Sequence record: PV805638.1
Direction: 5' to 3' (one strand)
DNA: 64,000 bases
Source: a phage
The translations under genes and the position numbers were made by a program. Of the stretch, positions 38,001 to 48,873 are shown piece by piece. The notes beneath the pieces are model-generated. The model did not search any database. It saw only the letters and a program-made list of their open reading frames with translations, and was not told where the DNA came from. Each line of letters opens with the position of its first letter. Position 1 is the stretch's first letter.

Positions 38001-41000
38001 CGCATCAAACTCAATATTGTTAGCACCCATGATGGTATCGAACTTCTGCTGTGCATAGTAACGGTCAGCAGGGTTAGTACTATCTGGGTCAGTCATGAAT
38101 GATTCAACAGTCAGGTTCTTAGTAACGTGTGCATAGTATTCCTGTGCACGAGAAAGAGCAGCCGGACTAATAGCAGCTTCAGTAGCGAGTGCAGCAACAA
38201 TGTTAGTAAAGAGACGCTGCTCCTGCATATTCATAGTGAAGCCATGAGCCTGAACATCACGGGTTACTTTAGTTGCGTGCTTTTTCGCATCAGAGAACTT
38301 ACCTTCACGGATTACTTGCTGTACTGGTTCTGAACCAATGTAGTTAGTAATCAGCTTATCAAATGTCTGTCCTAACTCTTCCAGACGGGTATTGTCACCA
38401 TATGCTTTGTTATGGAACAAGGTAGTATCTTTGGCTACAGCAGCCGTAGGAGCCTGTCCACGCATAACTACTGAAGAGTTAAACAGTAAGCCAGAGAACA
38501 TATCATCTGCATTAGCAGGTGCTTTCTTGCGACCAAATACCAGACGTTTGATTGCTTCATATACTGACTGAACCATGGCTTTCAGTGCAGTGGTCTTCTT
38601 CTGCTTACTAATTAATTCACGGTTAGTTAAGCCCCAAGCCATGTACTCATTCAGTGCAGCAGCTTTAGCCATTGCTGGTTCAATAAAGCCGTTAGACAAG
38701 TGACCATTAATGGTATTAAGTGCATCAGCATATGCTTCACGTACTGCCGGAGATTCATCCATAACATCCAGATTACGGAACTGGTTCATCAAGTCTTCAA
38801 TATTCTGGACTGCTTCATTAGGAGTACCCTCATAGTGAGCCAGTACAGATTCAAAAGTAGAAGCATGTACTAATTCATGAACCAGAGTCTCTAGGGAAGG
38901 GGTAACTAAGTAGATGGTTTTATCATCAAAGTTAGTCCAGCCATACGCATTACCAGCTTCGGCAGCTTCAATATCTTCCGGTGCTGGACGAGTAATGTTC
39001 TTCTCAATAGCATAGGCATCCAGTTGAGCAGGAGTACCGTAAACAACTTTGTAGTCTTTAGCAGCAAGGGATTTCTGTATCTCTTTCAATACTGCTTGCT
39101 GTTCTGGAGACATCTCTTTAGCCAGCTTGGTAATAGCAGTATTAGACAATAGACGTACACCAGACTTAAGTACACGACCAACTTGTTCCATTGCTGGCAC
39201 TTCTTTAACAGGTGCTTCTTTAGTAGGTACTTCTTTCACTGGATCTGCTTTAGCAGCACGTACTGCATCACGACGCTTATTTAATTCAGCATCAAACAGT
39301 TCGTTCAGCTTAGCTACTTGCTGGTCTACAGTCAGTCCCTCAAGAGAAATTTTACCGTTGTTCACATAAGGAGCACCTACAGCAGCCATCTGGTCAACAG
39401 TGGTCTGTACCTGGTTCATTACTTTGTGGCGAATATCCACACTTAAAGCAATGTTACGCAGGTTACGCTCAATAAGGTTAACACCTGAATTCTTAATCAT
39501 ATCAATCTTATACTGCCTGTCTCCCTCAACGCGACTGATATGAGAAAGCTGTTCAAAATCTAAAGCGGAACGGGCAATGTCATCAATTGTCTTATCTGAC
39601 AACTTATCAAAGTCTACATTCTTCAAGAACTCAGAGAAGGATTCATATACAGCCTTGATAGGATTCCCCTGCCAGGAAGTGTATACAGCCTCGTTTGCTT
39701 TACGACTTGCATCAGTGATGTCACTAATACCAATGTTCATACCATCAAAGATTTTCAGGGTATTCTTCGGAGCACCTTTCATAGTAGAAAGGGTCTGCAT
39801 CATCATGCCATCACCAGTACCGATGGTCATAAATGGAATACCTGCAACACCTGCTTGTGAAGGAGCATAGATGCTCATTGGCACACGCATACGGTCATCT
39901 AAGTTGGTAGCCAGTACTTGGTTAGCAACGTCAGTACTCTCACTGCCAGCAAGGTAGAAAGTCTGTGAGCCAGTCTCAATCATTGGAGCCAATGGAGATA
40001 ATGATTCCTGGATTTCATTCAGTTCTTTCTGTGTTAAGAAATCACCCTTCTTCCAGGTTGGGTCTTTTTCTTTTTCTGCTAGCTTAGCCTGTACTGCTTG
40101 CTGGAACATATCCTGCAATACCAGAGACTGAATCTGAGTAGCCTTCTGCAAGTTCTCAGTAGAGTACATCAGACCTTCACCAACAGTATTACGGATACCG
40201 GTACGCATTGGCTCAACGAACAAATGGAGCATGTTCTCTTGTAAGTTCTTCAGAGCATTACCGGATACGGTAAATTTCTGAGGGTCTAACTTACCAGTCA
40301 GAGCACCATCTACTTCCTTAATAAATAACTTACCTTTACGCTTAGCTGGAATCTTACCGGTCAGTGCTTCCATAGAAGTAAGGAAGGTATCCAGCATAGC
40401 CTGAGCATCTGCCTCAGACGCAGCCTCCTTACCAAACATTGCCATAGCCGGGGAAATGCTAGGGTCAGCAGCACGTGCTTGCAGAACGTCGCTGAAGCGT
40501 TCGTAGATGGTGTCAGTAATTGCACTGACCATCTTGCCAGCAATACCACGAGCACCAGAACCATAGATGGTAATGGTCAGAGGGTTCTTAGCGATACCAC
40601 GTTTCAGGTCCAGAGTACCATCTTCATTCAGGTTAAAGTCTTTAATGAACAGGTCCATTAACTTCTGGAGATGATTTATCTGGTTCATAACTGGAACGTT
40701 GTTACGGTAAGTAGTACGTAACTCATTCAGTGCTTGTTGCAGACCATTGGTAGATGCTTCATACAAGTCAACATTATCGTCGATAGAACAGTGTTCGTTC
40801 ATCGTTTTACCAGCGCGACCGAAGAACAGTCCACCTTTAGCAGTGTTCTTAATCCAGTCTGGGGTGAACTTACCACCAGTCATTAATACCATTGCGTTGA
40901 TTGGGCCGTTGGTTACACCATCAGCTTCAACGTACAGAGGGGTAGTAAAATTAGCACGGTCATCACTGTTCAGGTAACGGGCATATTCCATCAGAGCCAT

Positions 41001-44000
41001 GAGAGCTACGAAGGATTTGTTATCACCCAGGGAAGACTTCAGAATATCTACTGCATCAGTAGGTAAGTAGCCAGACTTATCAAACTCGACCATCATATCA
41101 ACAGCAGGTTTCAGATTACCTTCCAGAGCTTTGGTCAGATTTTCAGACATAGCTTCACGGGACATTTTATGTACCTTGATGCCCAATGCCTGAGCCAGAC
41201 CTAGCTGGAAGTCAGAGAACGCTTGGCTGTTTTCATTACTTAAGTCGATAGTAGAGAAGGTTGGCAAAATTGCTTCACGAACCAGCTTACTGGATTGTGG
41301 GTTATTTTTACCAAGCATCTGCATACGACCTACACGGGTCATGTTATAGCCATAGTGAATGGGAGTATCCAAACCATTCTCTTGTTCTTTTAGCTGATTA
41401 ATTAAACCGAACAAGGAATCATATGCCATAGATACTGATAAGTTCTTACCTTCCAGAGATTTGGCAGTGTTTTCATTCAGCAAATCAGGATTAAGAGAAC
41501 CAGCACCCATCAGTTCCAGAATGCCGTCACGCCCCAATGCTTCATAGAAGTTAACCATCGGCATGTGTACACGGAACTCGGTAGCCTGTTCAGCTTTCAG
41601 AGCAGCTTTCTGTTCAGGGGTATTCTTAACAGCAGGGTTACGTAACTGAGTCTGAGCCACAGAAGGAATGTCATCACCAAAGTACATTTTCTCTTCTGGT
41701 TCTAAGAGGACAGCTTCCTCAATAGCAGTAGGGAATTTGTTAATGGCATCATTGTCATCCAGTTTCTCAATAGTATACAGACCAATGGTCTTATTGGAGT
41801 CTGGGTCAATCTCAGACACATCCAGCATAGACTCTTTAACTTCACCCATCTCAATGAGGGAAGACAGAATCTCTGTAGCCATTGCCATTGGGATACCTTT
41901 TGTATAACCCAGTGGTGCATTAGGATTACGATTCAAACCCCAATAAGATTCAATCTTCTGAGCCAGTGAGTTAGTAGCTTCGACCAGAGTCTGGGCATTC
42001 TCGAACTCAGCCAGAATACCTTCTGGTAACAGAGATGCATCTACACCAGTAATAGCAGCTACGTCTTTCATGTCTTTAATGGCAGCATTCTGTGTAGCAG
42101 TCAGTCGCCATTGCAGACCAGCAAGTACAGCAGTCTCTAACAACTGGTCATTAAACTTAAAGGTGTCACCATCACGTTCAACGATATTCAGCAGTTTGCC
42201 ACCTACCCAACGGTTAGCTTCAGTACCTTCTGCAAAACGCTTACCAACGTTCTTGTTAGCAAGGAACTTAGCCAGTCGTTCAGACAAAGTAGTCTTCAGA
42301 GTTTCCCCAAAGTCCATCAAGTCTTGATAACGTTCTAACACATCACCTGTAAGAGCGTTATTTTCTTTTTGAGTGAACGCTTCAAAGCGAGCAGCAGAAG
42401 ACAGTGCTTGCTTAATATCAGCCAAAGGGGATTCTGAACCAATGGTACGGGACTTAGGTTCTTCCGGTAAGGTAAACGCCTTCAGGAACTGGTTCGGTGT
42501 CTTCTCATTGTTATAGACAGGGAACACTGTTTCCATTTCAGAAAGAGGTTTGCCACCTACTGTATAATCTGCTTTCAATTGAGCCAGTGATACTTCATCT
42601 TCCTCCGCGTTGTTAGTGTTAAGACCAGAGGTATCTACACCAACCAGAATATGTGCATTATTGGCTTCAACGAAAGACTGAACAGTATTGAATTGTTCGG
42701 CAGTCAGTTTCTGATTATCGAACAGCTGTAAGGACACAAACGGGTGTTCACTGCCTTTATAGAACATAGAGCGAATAGCACCTGTATCCAGAGACATATC
42801 ACGATAACCATCATGACCAAATACATCGGACAGGCTGATATGGTCGCCATTAGAACCAACCACAGTACCATCAGCAAACAGCCATGGACTTTCTCTATGG
42901 TCACCATACTTATTAAGAGTTTCCTGTGAAATAGTATTTTCTTTCACATAGGCATCTCTTTCAGATTCGGTAGGTTGCTCGATGGTATCCTCATTAGTGG
43001 GGGTAGCATCATCTACAACCGGGCTAGTCTTTTCAGACTTAGGTACTTTCTCTTCCTGTGCAGGTGTAACTTCTGGCTGGGAGAATGTATTACGTACATA
43101 GTTCATAAAATCATTACGTGCTTGAGAAGGAGAAGACCATACTTCCCGTGTGCTACGTAAACTAAAGATTCGACCTTCAGGAGTCATTACGTAAGGTACA
43201 TTTGTTTCACCGTACTTAAATGAAGTGAGTACATCTGACTTACCAGTAACAGTGCTTTCCCCTGGAATGACAATAGTCTTACCACCAGTAGAAGGAGCAG
43301 CACGAACACCCTCAATATCCTTACCAAGAGAAATATACTCTTTACCGTTGTAATCAAAGTACTGACCTATCTGCATATAGGTAGCTTGTTGCTTACCAGT
43401 AAACTCAGCAGTTTTCATCTCCGGGCCGTTAGGTACAGACGTACTTTCAGACTTAGGCTTAGATACTTTCTCTGGTTCTGACTTAGACTCTACAGTGTTA
43501 GGAGCAGTTTTATTGTTTACCACTGGTTTAGCTTTAGACTGTACAGTAGTGACTGGTTCCTGTGTTTTTACAGGTGTTTCATTAACCTGATTCACTGGTT
43601 CATTAGCCTGTTGAGACTGAGTGGCATTAAGACCACCTTGACGGAACTCTTTAACTACCTGGGCAGCTGGCTTGTTCAGACGTGAATCCAACGAGGTAAC
43701 TTTCACATGAGAAACATTAAGCTCCGGGTAAGCCGTAGCAAGTGCATTAGCAATATCAGCTACGGTCTTAGCTTCCAGTGCTACTTGCTGGGCAAACTTA
43801 ACAGACTTGGTATCGTAAGGATTGACACCGAGGCCAGTACGACTACGTACCCATTCACGAGTAGGTGTGAGAGCCTGATAATGAACAGACTTATTCTTAT
43901 CCGCATTCCCAGAAATCAGATGCTCATTCAACGCTCCGACCTTATTCTGCATGTGCTGGGCGAACTTCATAAAATCGCTCAGATAAGCGGAAGCCAAATC

Positions 44001-46355
44001 GAAGTTACCAGAGTTATACGCAGAACGAATGCGTTTCGCATGTTGCAACGCAGAGTACTGTCCTTCATTAGAACGAGACTCGTCGGTTTTAATCTGTTTA
44101 CTAACGATATCTTGACGACGTAAGCCCAGTTCTTCTGCTTTAGCATCATACTCACGTGCACCCTGTAATAGAGCAGCAGCTGATTGCAGGGCAGCACGTT
44201 GACGATTATTCAGTGTAATCTTACCTTCACTCGCATGCTTCAGAACCATATTCACTGAATCTGCGTCCAGTACTTCTGGGGATACATCAGCAGCCATAGC
44301 AATGTTGTTTGCTTGGGCTTGGTTAGCTTCTTCAGTAGCTTTCAGCTTACCTGCTTCAGCCTGTTCCTGAATCATAGAATGGATGGCACGGAATGCACGA
44401 AGTACTTTAGGGGTATTCTGTATGTTAGCCATCAGGCCGGAGAACTGGTCTACGATTGCAGCAGCAGGAGAACCTTGTTCCAGATTAGCCAGAGCACCTG
44501 GGTCACGGTTAATGAAGCTATCCATAGACATGATATTGTCATACATCTGGATTGCAGCTTCCATTTGAACGTTAGGGTCTTCAGCAGTATTAACCAGGTC
44601 AGCCATCTTCTGAATAGCTTCCACACGGTTAGTGGAACCAGAAACGGCTTCACGGATTACTGGGTTAGCTTGTTCCAATTCTACTGGGTCAAACTTCATT
44701 GCCTGAGTTAAGTCAGCAGCATACTGGGTAGCAGCAGCCTTCTCTTCCGGAGTGATATCCATTGCATCTACTGCTTCCTGTACGGTTGCCTGTGCTTGCT
44801 CTGCTTGAGCAGCAGCTTCCTGTGCAGCAGCATTAACCGTAGCATCAGCTACAGGGGATGCTTGTTCATTACGCTTAGCAACTTCTTCACCACGTTGAAC
44901 CAGGATGTTAGTAAGAGGAGATGCAGCTTTTGCTAATGTTTTACCAACCAGAGAAGCACCAGCCAGAGTAGTACGAAGAGCAGGACCAGCAGCAGCACCG
45001 GCAGCTTTAACGGTTGCACCAGGAGCTTGAGCAACCCCAGCACTACCGAAGCCATAGAGTGCACCAAGACCAGCTTGCTCACCGACACCTTTGAGGGTAT
45101 CTCGGGATGCATCAACATTTTCCTTGATTGCACGGTTCTGTGCGAACTGACCAAAGCCTGATTGAGTACCCTCTTCAAAAGTCTGAGCACCAAGGTTAGT
45201 AAGGGCTGCCCCAGCAGAACCAACCCTCATGGGGTTAAGTTCAAACTTAGATACTAACGGACCCATAGCAGCAGCAACTGGAGCAGTTAAGCCAGCAGCA
45301 ATGATACCTGTTTCGGATGCAGTCTGACGACGTGCTTCATCAGGAGATAAACCATCAGCAATATGTTGTTGGTAAACAGGAGACTTACTTGCCAGTTCTG
45401 GATGGGACATCTTCATGATTTCAGAAGCAGTCTGTTGGTATGCACCACCAGCTTCCATACCACCGATTGCAATAGCAGGTGCAGCAACACGACCAGTAGA
45501 CAATGCAACCTGTGCAGGACGTGAACCTAACCCAGCAGCTAAGGTAATACCCTTAACAGCTTTATCACCACCTACCATTACTTTACCGAGTGCAGATACA
45601 CCACGGATAAGAGGACCACCAGTAAAGAGGGAACCAACACCTTCACTCAGTCCATCTGAGGCAGCCATACCATTATCAAGTGTATTAGCAACAGAGTCGA
45701 AAGCATCACGACCAATGCGAGACAGGGAGGCAACCAAATCGCTCTCCCCGTTTTTAATGTCCTGTTCATAGAGTTTCTGATTCTTTTGGGCAGAAATCTG
45801 GTTCTGATTCTGAACAACTTTACGGGTAGCATTCAGTGCATCAGACTGTAGATTGTGTACGCCTTCATTCAACCAATCCATCCCGGAAGCAATGGTTGCC
45901 CCGGCATTATCATTGACCAGACCTGCGCCAAGAGCAGCAATGCCCCCAAGGGTATTAGCAACACCAAGACCAACACCAGAAAGAGTATCGCCAAATGCTT
46001 CTGCGTTAGTACGCTGCTTAGATAAGTCCTGACGTACAGCATCCGCAGCATTAGCTCGGCTATTAAGAATCTGTAGACCTTGCTCATTACCGTATTTATT
46101 AATGATTTCTAATGGGGAGGCTTGAGTGAAGTCTGCCTGAAGTGAACCTGGTTCGAATGCACCGATTCCAAGATTACCTACTCGTCCAGTCTGGAGATTG
46201 TAAGCATTCTCTGGGGTTAATCGGAAAGGGCTTTGCCCTTGTGCAGCTTGCTTCTGAGCGGTTGCAGTAGAGACATCGACTTGCTTAGCATTAGTGATGC
46301 TGTCTGCGAAACCTGCCAGACGGTCAAATGTTGACATAGCATGTTTCCTGTTCAA
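35076..46355 (-). CDS. virion-encapsidated giant RNA polymerase (vRNAP, N4 gp50-like)
   Basis: Single 3759-aa ORF; size and position at head of late block are the hallmark of N4-like phages. Confidence 0.85.
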   Translation of the reverse strand: MNRKHAMSTFDRLAGFADSITNAKQVDVSTATAQKQAAQGQSPFRLTPENAYNLQTGRVGNLGIGAFEPGSLQADFTQASPLEIINKYGNEQGLQILNSRANAADAVRQDLSKQRTNAEAFGDTLSGVGLGVANTLGGIAALGAGLVNDNAGATIASGMDWLNEGVHNLQSDALNATRKVVQNQNQISAQKNQKLYEQDIKNGESDLVASLSRIGRDAFDSVANTLDNGMAASDGLSEGVGSLFTGGPLIRGVSALGKVMVGGDKAVKGITLAAGLGSRPAQVALSTGRVAAPAIAIGGMEAGGAYQQTASEIMKMSHPELASKSPVYQQHIADGLSPDEARRQTASETGIIAAGLTAPVAAAMGPLVSKFELNPMRVGSAGAALTNLGAQTFEEGTQSGFGQFAQNRAIKENVDASRDTLKGVGEQAGLGALYGFGSAGVAQAPGATVKAAGAAAGPALRTTLAGASLVGKTLAKAASPLTNILVQRGEEVAKRNEQASPVADATVNAAAQEAAAQAEQAQATVQEAVDAMDITPEEKAAATQYAADLTQAMKFDPVELEQANPVIREAVSGSTNRVEAIQKMADLVNTAEDPNVQMEAAIQMYDNIMSMDSFINRDPGALANLEQGSPAAAIVDQFSGLMANIQNTPKVLRAFRAIHSMIQEQAEAGKLKATEEANQAQANNIAMAADVSPEVLDADSVNMVLKHASEGKITLNNRQRAALQSAAALLQGAREYDAKAEELGLRRQDIVSKQIKTDESRSNEGQYSALQHAKRIRSAYNSGNFDLASAYLSDFMKFAQHMQNKVGALNEHLISGNADKNKSVHYQALTPTREWVRSRTGLGVNPYDTKSVKFAQQVALEAKTVADIANALATAYPELNVSHVKVTSLDSRLNKPAAQVVKEFRQGGLNATQSQQANEPVNQVNETPVKTQEPVTTVQSKAKPVVNNKTAPNTVESKSEPEKVSKPKSESTSVPNGPEMKTAEFTGKQQATYMQIGQYFDYNGKEYISLGKDIEGVRAAPSTGGKTIVIPGESTVTGKSDVLTSFKYGETNVPYVMTPEGRIFSLRSTREVWSSPSQARNDFMNYVRNTFSQPEVTPAQEEKVPKSEKTSPVVDDATPTNEDTIEQPTESERDAYVKENTISQETLNKYGDHRESPWLFADGTVVGSNGDHISLSDVFGHDGYRDMSLDTGAIRSMFYKGSEHPFVSLQLFDNQKLTAEQFNTVQSFVEANNAHILVGVDTSGLNTNNAEEDEVSLAQLKADYTVGGKPLSEMETVFPVYNNEKTPNQFLKAFTLPEEPKSRTIGSESPLADIKQALSSAARFEAFTQKENNALTGDVLERYQDLMDFGETLKTTLSERLAKFLANKNVGKRFAEGTEANRWVGGKLLNIVERDGDTFKFNDQLLETAVLAGLQWRLTATQNAAIKDMKDVAAITGVDASLLPEGILAEFENAQTLVEATNSLAQKIESYWGLNRNPNAPLGYTKGIPMAMATEILSSLIEMGEVKESMLDVSEIDPDSNKTIGLYTIEKLDDNDAINKFPTAIEEAVLLEPEEKMYFGDDIPSVAQTQLRNPAVKNTPEQKAALKAEQATEFRVHMPMVNFYEALGRDGILELMGAGSLNPDLLNENTAKSLEGKNLSVSMAYDSLFGLINQLKEQENGLDTPIHYGYNMTRVGRMQMLGKNNPQSSKLVREAILPTFSTIDLSNENSQAFSDFQLGLAQALGIKVHKMSREAMSENLTKALEGNLKPAVDMMVEFDKSGYLPTDAVDILKSSLGDNKSFVALMALMEYARYLNSDDRANFTTPLYVEADGVTNGPINAMVLMTGGKFTPDWIKNTAKGGLFFGRAGKTMNEHCSIDDNVDLYEASTNGLQQALNELRTTYRNNVPVMNQINHLQKLMDLFIKDFNLNEDGTLDLKRGIAKNPLTITIYGSGARGIAGKMVSAITDTIYERFSDVLQARAADPSISPAMAMFGKEAASEADAQAMLDTFLTSMEALTGKIPAKRKGKLFIKEVDGALTGKLDPQKFTVSGNALKNLQENMLHLFVEPMRTGIRNTVGEGLMYSTENLQKATQIQSLVLQDMFQQAVQAKLAEKEKDPTWKKGDFLTQKELNEIQESLSPLAPMIETGSQTFYLAGSESTDVANQVLATNLDDRMRVPMSIYAPSQAGVAGIPFMTIGTGDGMMMQTLSTMKGAPKNTLKIFDGMNIGISDITDASRKANEAVYTSWQGNPIKAVYESFSEFLKNVDFDKLSDKTIDDIARSALDFEQLSHISRVEGDRQYKIDMIKNSGVNLIERNLRNIALSVDIRHKVMNQVQTTVDQMAAVGAPYVNNGKISLEGLTVDQQVAKLNELFDAELNKRRDAVRAAKADPVKEVPTKEAPVKEVPAMEQVGRVLKSGVRLLSNTAITKLAKEMSPEQQAVLKEIQKSLAAKDYKVVYGTPAQLDAYAIEKNITRPAPEDIEAAEAGNAYGWTNFDDKTIYLVTPSLETLVHELVHASTFESVLAHYEGTPNEAVQNIEDLMNQFRNLDVMDESPAVREAYADALNTINGHLSNGFIEPAMAKAAALNEYMAWGLTNRELISKQKKTTALKAMVQSVYEAIKRLVFGRKKAPANADDMFSGLLFNSSVVMRGQAPTAAVAKDTTLFHNKAYGDNTRLEELGQTFDKLITNYIGSEPVQQVIREGKFSDAKKHATKVTRDVQAHGFTMNMQEQRLFTNIVAALATEAAISPAALSRAQEYYAHVTKNLTVESFMTDPDSTNPADRYYAQQKFDTIMGANNIEFDAQGRSSILPTFVGLAMVSEEVRNVLANIPVMKADKKSGNTVDAMLTNIGTAAMASLNARVAGDTKATNVQEGMDALAQTIMQTSLNAQSFYDSVATPSGNAIDRANQYLVDSIDVLSTRVLESAREVAANTKNPLVKGAAHAAQLMAAIATEKNGANVAEGVMVAMNQGKVWQPFHDLVNDLTGRTKSNASVYDLIKAVRAQVQADRQQFREHLPTTIASKFSRKLTKDEWKAMYTGMGKTDLAVLRDTMSLAEIRDLLSDQKIVDREVNKLEADLQKQAGRNWPLINRKSKQLAQYMINGTVGKNLLRNATAISRMLGERKTTRSIVDVAQLDKLITLYALEAMNKSDREMLSSLAQTEVEGMDFATSYLVGQRKDEMAKAKSNMRATLNQYKGYIPSETKQGVSLVVAEDSQFGDLIEKSYVRLSTYQGSSANRGLARSYYFAPVQAQAPFSQGILQNVRNTAGGVDLGTGFTMGSMVAGRITDKPSVDRIAKALARGERGNEPLLPVYNAKGDVVAYEESINPNMLKHIEGENHLARAIGVWRGRQVEEAKAQRFNDMLIENLYSMYKEDIKMSAANKSQYVNLFGSKLDPVTADALKLMNSETRRKAEKLFGEGELWVRRDMLNDALGYRAASIGDAWSGNSRWSPETLNTFKKAILGLAGNRAYKYLMGGENLVQNLVKDAKTLIVVKSVVVPVVNFLANLYQMVARGVPVKNIAKSIPRKTAEINQYLKSRLRQVDAEAELRAATNPNQIRKLKAEIQSITDSHKRMSIWPLIEAGEFSSIADAGIGRDDILITEGKLHEYMEKLADKLPKSVRAAGRYALITKDTALFQGIQKTVEYSDFIAKAIIYDELTQRKGKTREEALGRVTEEFINYDRLPGRFRGYMESVGLMWFYNFKIRSAKVAVSMIRNNPVHAAMAMLAPTPTMFGNVGLPIQDNIFSIAAKGSLDYSWGFGQGLRAHNLNPWMNLVN

Positions 46356-46401
46356 ACTTATATCGTATATAGGTAACTTACTCTACAGTAAGCCAGTTAA
46401 A

Positions 46402-46426
46402 GAAAAAAGCCCCGTAGGGCTTTTAT
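46402..46426. terminator. symmetric intrinsic terminator (A5-GCCC-CGTA-GGGC-T5)
   Basis: Hairpin flanked by A-run and T-run, between - gene 46432..48396 and vRNAP start. Confidence 0.6.
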
Positions 46427-46431
46427 TAGTA

Positions 46432-48396
46432 TTACCGATTTTGTCTTGGTTGCATATACTCAGGCAGTCCTTGTGCCTGACGTAAGTACCGTGCAGCACG
46501 CTCTTCATCTTCCTTAGCTCGTGCCCTGTCCACACTAGCCTGTGACTGAAAACCTCTTGGAGCCAGGTTAGCTGGGTCAGCTTGTACTTGTGCCTGTGCA
46601 GCTTGGAGCATTGCAGCAGCTTTAGTAACAGCCTCCTGACGTGCAGGTAACAGAGCAGTAAGACCGGTTTGCCCGGTGTTAATCTTATTCTGGGTATTTG
46701 TCAGTGCAGCTACAGCAGCATCATATGCAGTCTGTGCTGCCTGAATATTCTGCATAGCCTGAGCACGACCTAGGTTGCGTACACTACCTTCCAGTGGCTC
46801 GCCTCGTTGTACGCCTTCAATTAACTGTTCTACCAGACGGTCATTAAGACGCATACCATTACCGGCTTCATTGGTAATGAGTGGGTTAATTGCATCAATA
46901 GCACGGCTAATATAACCTTCCGGTACACCAGTCTGTGCACGTTGCATAACAGCAGCAGCCATAGCTGGTGACATATTCCCACGCTGAGAAATATCATTCA
47001 GTCGGTTCAGTACCCAGTTACGGTCAGCACCTTTAAAATCACCTTCCAACAAACGGTTAGCAATCTCACCTACTGGGGTATTATCCGTGACAGTACCGAG
47101 GAAGTCAGTGTTAAGACTACCGGTATTATCCTGCATAGAACGAGTACCAATCATACCCTGAGCCAGGGTAGATACTGCCTGATTACCCTGATTATTCTGA
47201 ACCATAGCGAGTGGGTCAGCCCCTACCTCAGCTTGGGCAATAACAGGTTTAATCTGTTCCCAAGTCATATCCTTATAAGCACCTGGGGTAGAGTTAGGGA
47301 GTGCAGCCCATGTATCTTTAAGGTTACCGTTCTTACGGGCCTCGAAGATAGCCTTACCAATCTTATCCTGGTTCTCAGGAGAAAGGGGCTGGCTTTGCCA
47401 ATCTGAACCAAGAACTTTAGGAGCGAAGTCTAGCAGAGTAGCTTGGTTAATCTGGAATGCACCAACAGGTGAAGCACCCTGCTTCGTCTTCATACTATCC
47501 TGGTGCTTAATTACATCACCAATACTCATTTGAGTAATAGGAGTAGATGTACCAGCAAACTGGTAAGTAACATCGTAAGGGGAACCCTGACGAGTACCGG
47601 CAGTACCTGGGGCAGACGTAGCACCAACATTGTTACCGTAAACGCCCGGATATGCTCGTGCAAGCATCTCCTGCAAACGTGCCTGTGCAACCGGAGACAG
47701 ATTCTTACTATAAGATTCTGCCAGAATACGGGCATCGTCAGCATTCTCAGCACCGCGAGTAATCAGTGCCATTACACCCGTAGCAGCCTGACTATCAGCA
47801 TCATTACGTTGAGCAACACCCAAATCAAAACGATTCTGTGCCTGATTAATAGCCTGACCACCCTGACCTTGAAGACGACTCAGCATGTCCAATTGCTGGT
47901 CAGCAGGGAGTGCAGACAATGCATCACGGGTCTGACTTAATGCAGCATTAATACGGTTCTGGTCCCCCGACTGATAAGCCTCAGACAGCAAACGAATAGC
48001 AGGGGAAGCATTATCTAATGCAGTGTTAGTATCCTGTAAACGACCAAAGCGATACGCATTGTAGTCATTGGTTCCTTGCTGACCTTGTTGAGTCAGTAAT
48101 GTACCTGCTCGCTCATCCAGATTTTGGAGAGTACGTTGGTTTACCAGTGAAGGGTCAACTCCCTGAAATAATGCACCAGATGCCAAAGCATTACGGTACT
48201 CAGTAGGGTCTTGATACTGCATAGCATTCATCATGACGGCATTGCCAGCCTCCTGCTTGGCAGCGTTCTGGAAATTACCCAGTGCATCACTTAAGCCGGA
48301 GGTGGCGTTACCAATCATGCTACCAAATGTGCGAATGCTGTCACCAACTCCAGAGAAGTTAGGTGCATCAACATTTCTCCACGTTATCTGAGCCAT
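46432..48396 (-). CDS. virion structural protein (N4 gp51-like position)
   Basis: 654 aa, Gln/Ala-rich, in late structural block. Confidence 0.55.
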   Translation of the reverse strand: MAQITWRNVDAPNFSGVGDSIRTFGSMIGNATSGLSDALGNFQNAAKQEAGNAVMMNAMQYQDPTEYRNALASGALFQGVDPSLVNQRTLQNLDERAGTLLTQQGQQGTNDYNAYRFGRLQDTNTALDNASPAIRLLSEAYQSGDQNRINAALSQTRDALSALPADQQLDMLSRLQGQGGQAINQAQNRFDLGVAQRNDADSQAATGVMALITRGAENADDARILAESYSKNLSPVAQARLQEMLARAYPGVYGNNVGATSAPGTAGTRQGSPYDVTYQFAGTSTPITQMSIGDVIKHQDSMKTKQGASPVGAFQINQATLLDFAPKVLGSDWQSQPLSPENQDKIGKAIFEARKNGNLKDTWAALPNSTPGAYKDMTWEQIKPVIAQAEVGADPLAMVQNNQGNQAVSTLAQGMIGTRSMQDNTGSLNTDFLGTVTDNTPVGEIANRLLEGDFKGADRNWVLNRLNDISQRGNMSPAMAAAVMQRAQTGVPEGYISRAIDAINPLITNEAGNGMRLNDRLVEQLIEGVQRGEPLEGSVRNLGRAQAMQNIQAAQTAYDAAVAALTNTQNKINTGQTGLTALLPARQEAVTKAAAMLQAAQAQVQADPANLAPRGFQSQASVDRARAKEDEERAARYLRQAQGLPEYMQPRQNR

Positions 48397-48408
48397 GATG
48401 GTTTCCTA

Positions 48409-48873
48409 TTAACGAGTTAGTTTATTGGCTGCAATGTAAGCATCAGCCGAAGACTGGTCACGGTTTTCTGCTGTAGCACGGCTACGAGCACGGTCTTCCA
48501 GTGCAGTGTTATAAGACTTAATCTGATTATTCAAGTTAGTGTTAGTAACACTCTTAGCAAAATTCAGCTGGTCTTTGGCTAACTTGTTAGCCTGGAAACC
48601 ACTATAGATATTAGCTAAGGAACCAAGTGCACCCAGTCCTAGTTGGAAGGTAGGAATGTTCATGCCTAACTGATTAGCTGAACCAGATAAGAAAGAGGTA
48701 GGGGTAGTTAATCCTGTACCTGCATTCATACCAATAGCTGCACCCGGATTGTAGTTCATAGCTGGGGTATTAAAGTTTTGATTGTTATTAGACATCCAAG
48801 ACATAGCAGCTGGCTGTGGGGTTTGGTTGCCCGTTAAGAATGACAAATCCATGGGGATTCTCCTGTTAAACAA
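48409..48873 (-). CDS. virion structural protein
   Basis: 154 aa, late block. Confidence 0.5.
   Translation of the reverse strand: MFNRRIPMDLSFLTGNQTPQPAAMSWMSNNNQNFNTPAMNYNPGAAIGMNAGTGLTTPTSFLSGSANQLGMNIPTFQLGLGALGSLANIYSGFQANKLAKDQLNFAKSVTNTNLNNQIKSYNTALEDRARSRATAENRDQSSADAYIAANKLTR

Noticed and set aside
36127-45771. Many 60-140-aa + strand ORFs inside the vRNAP gene
   Set aside because: All antisense to a single continuous 3759-aa ORF; no RBS support
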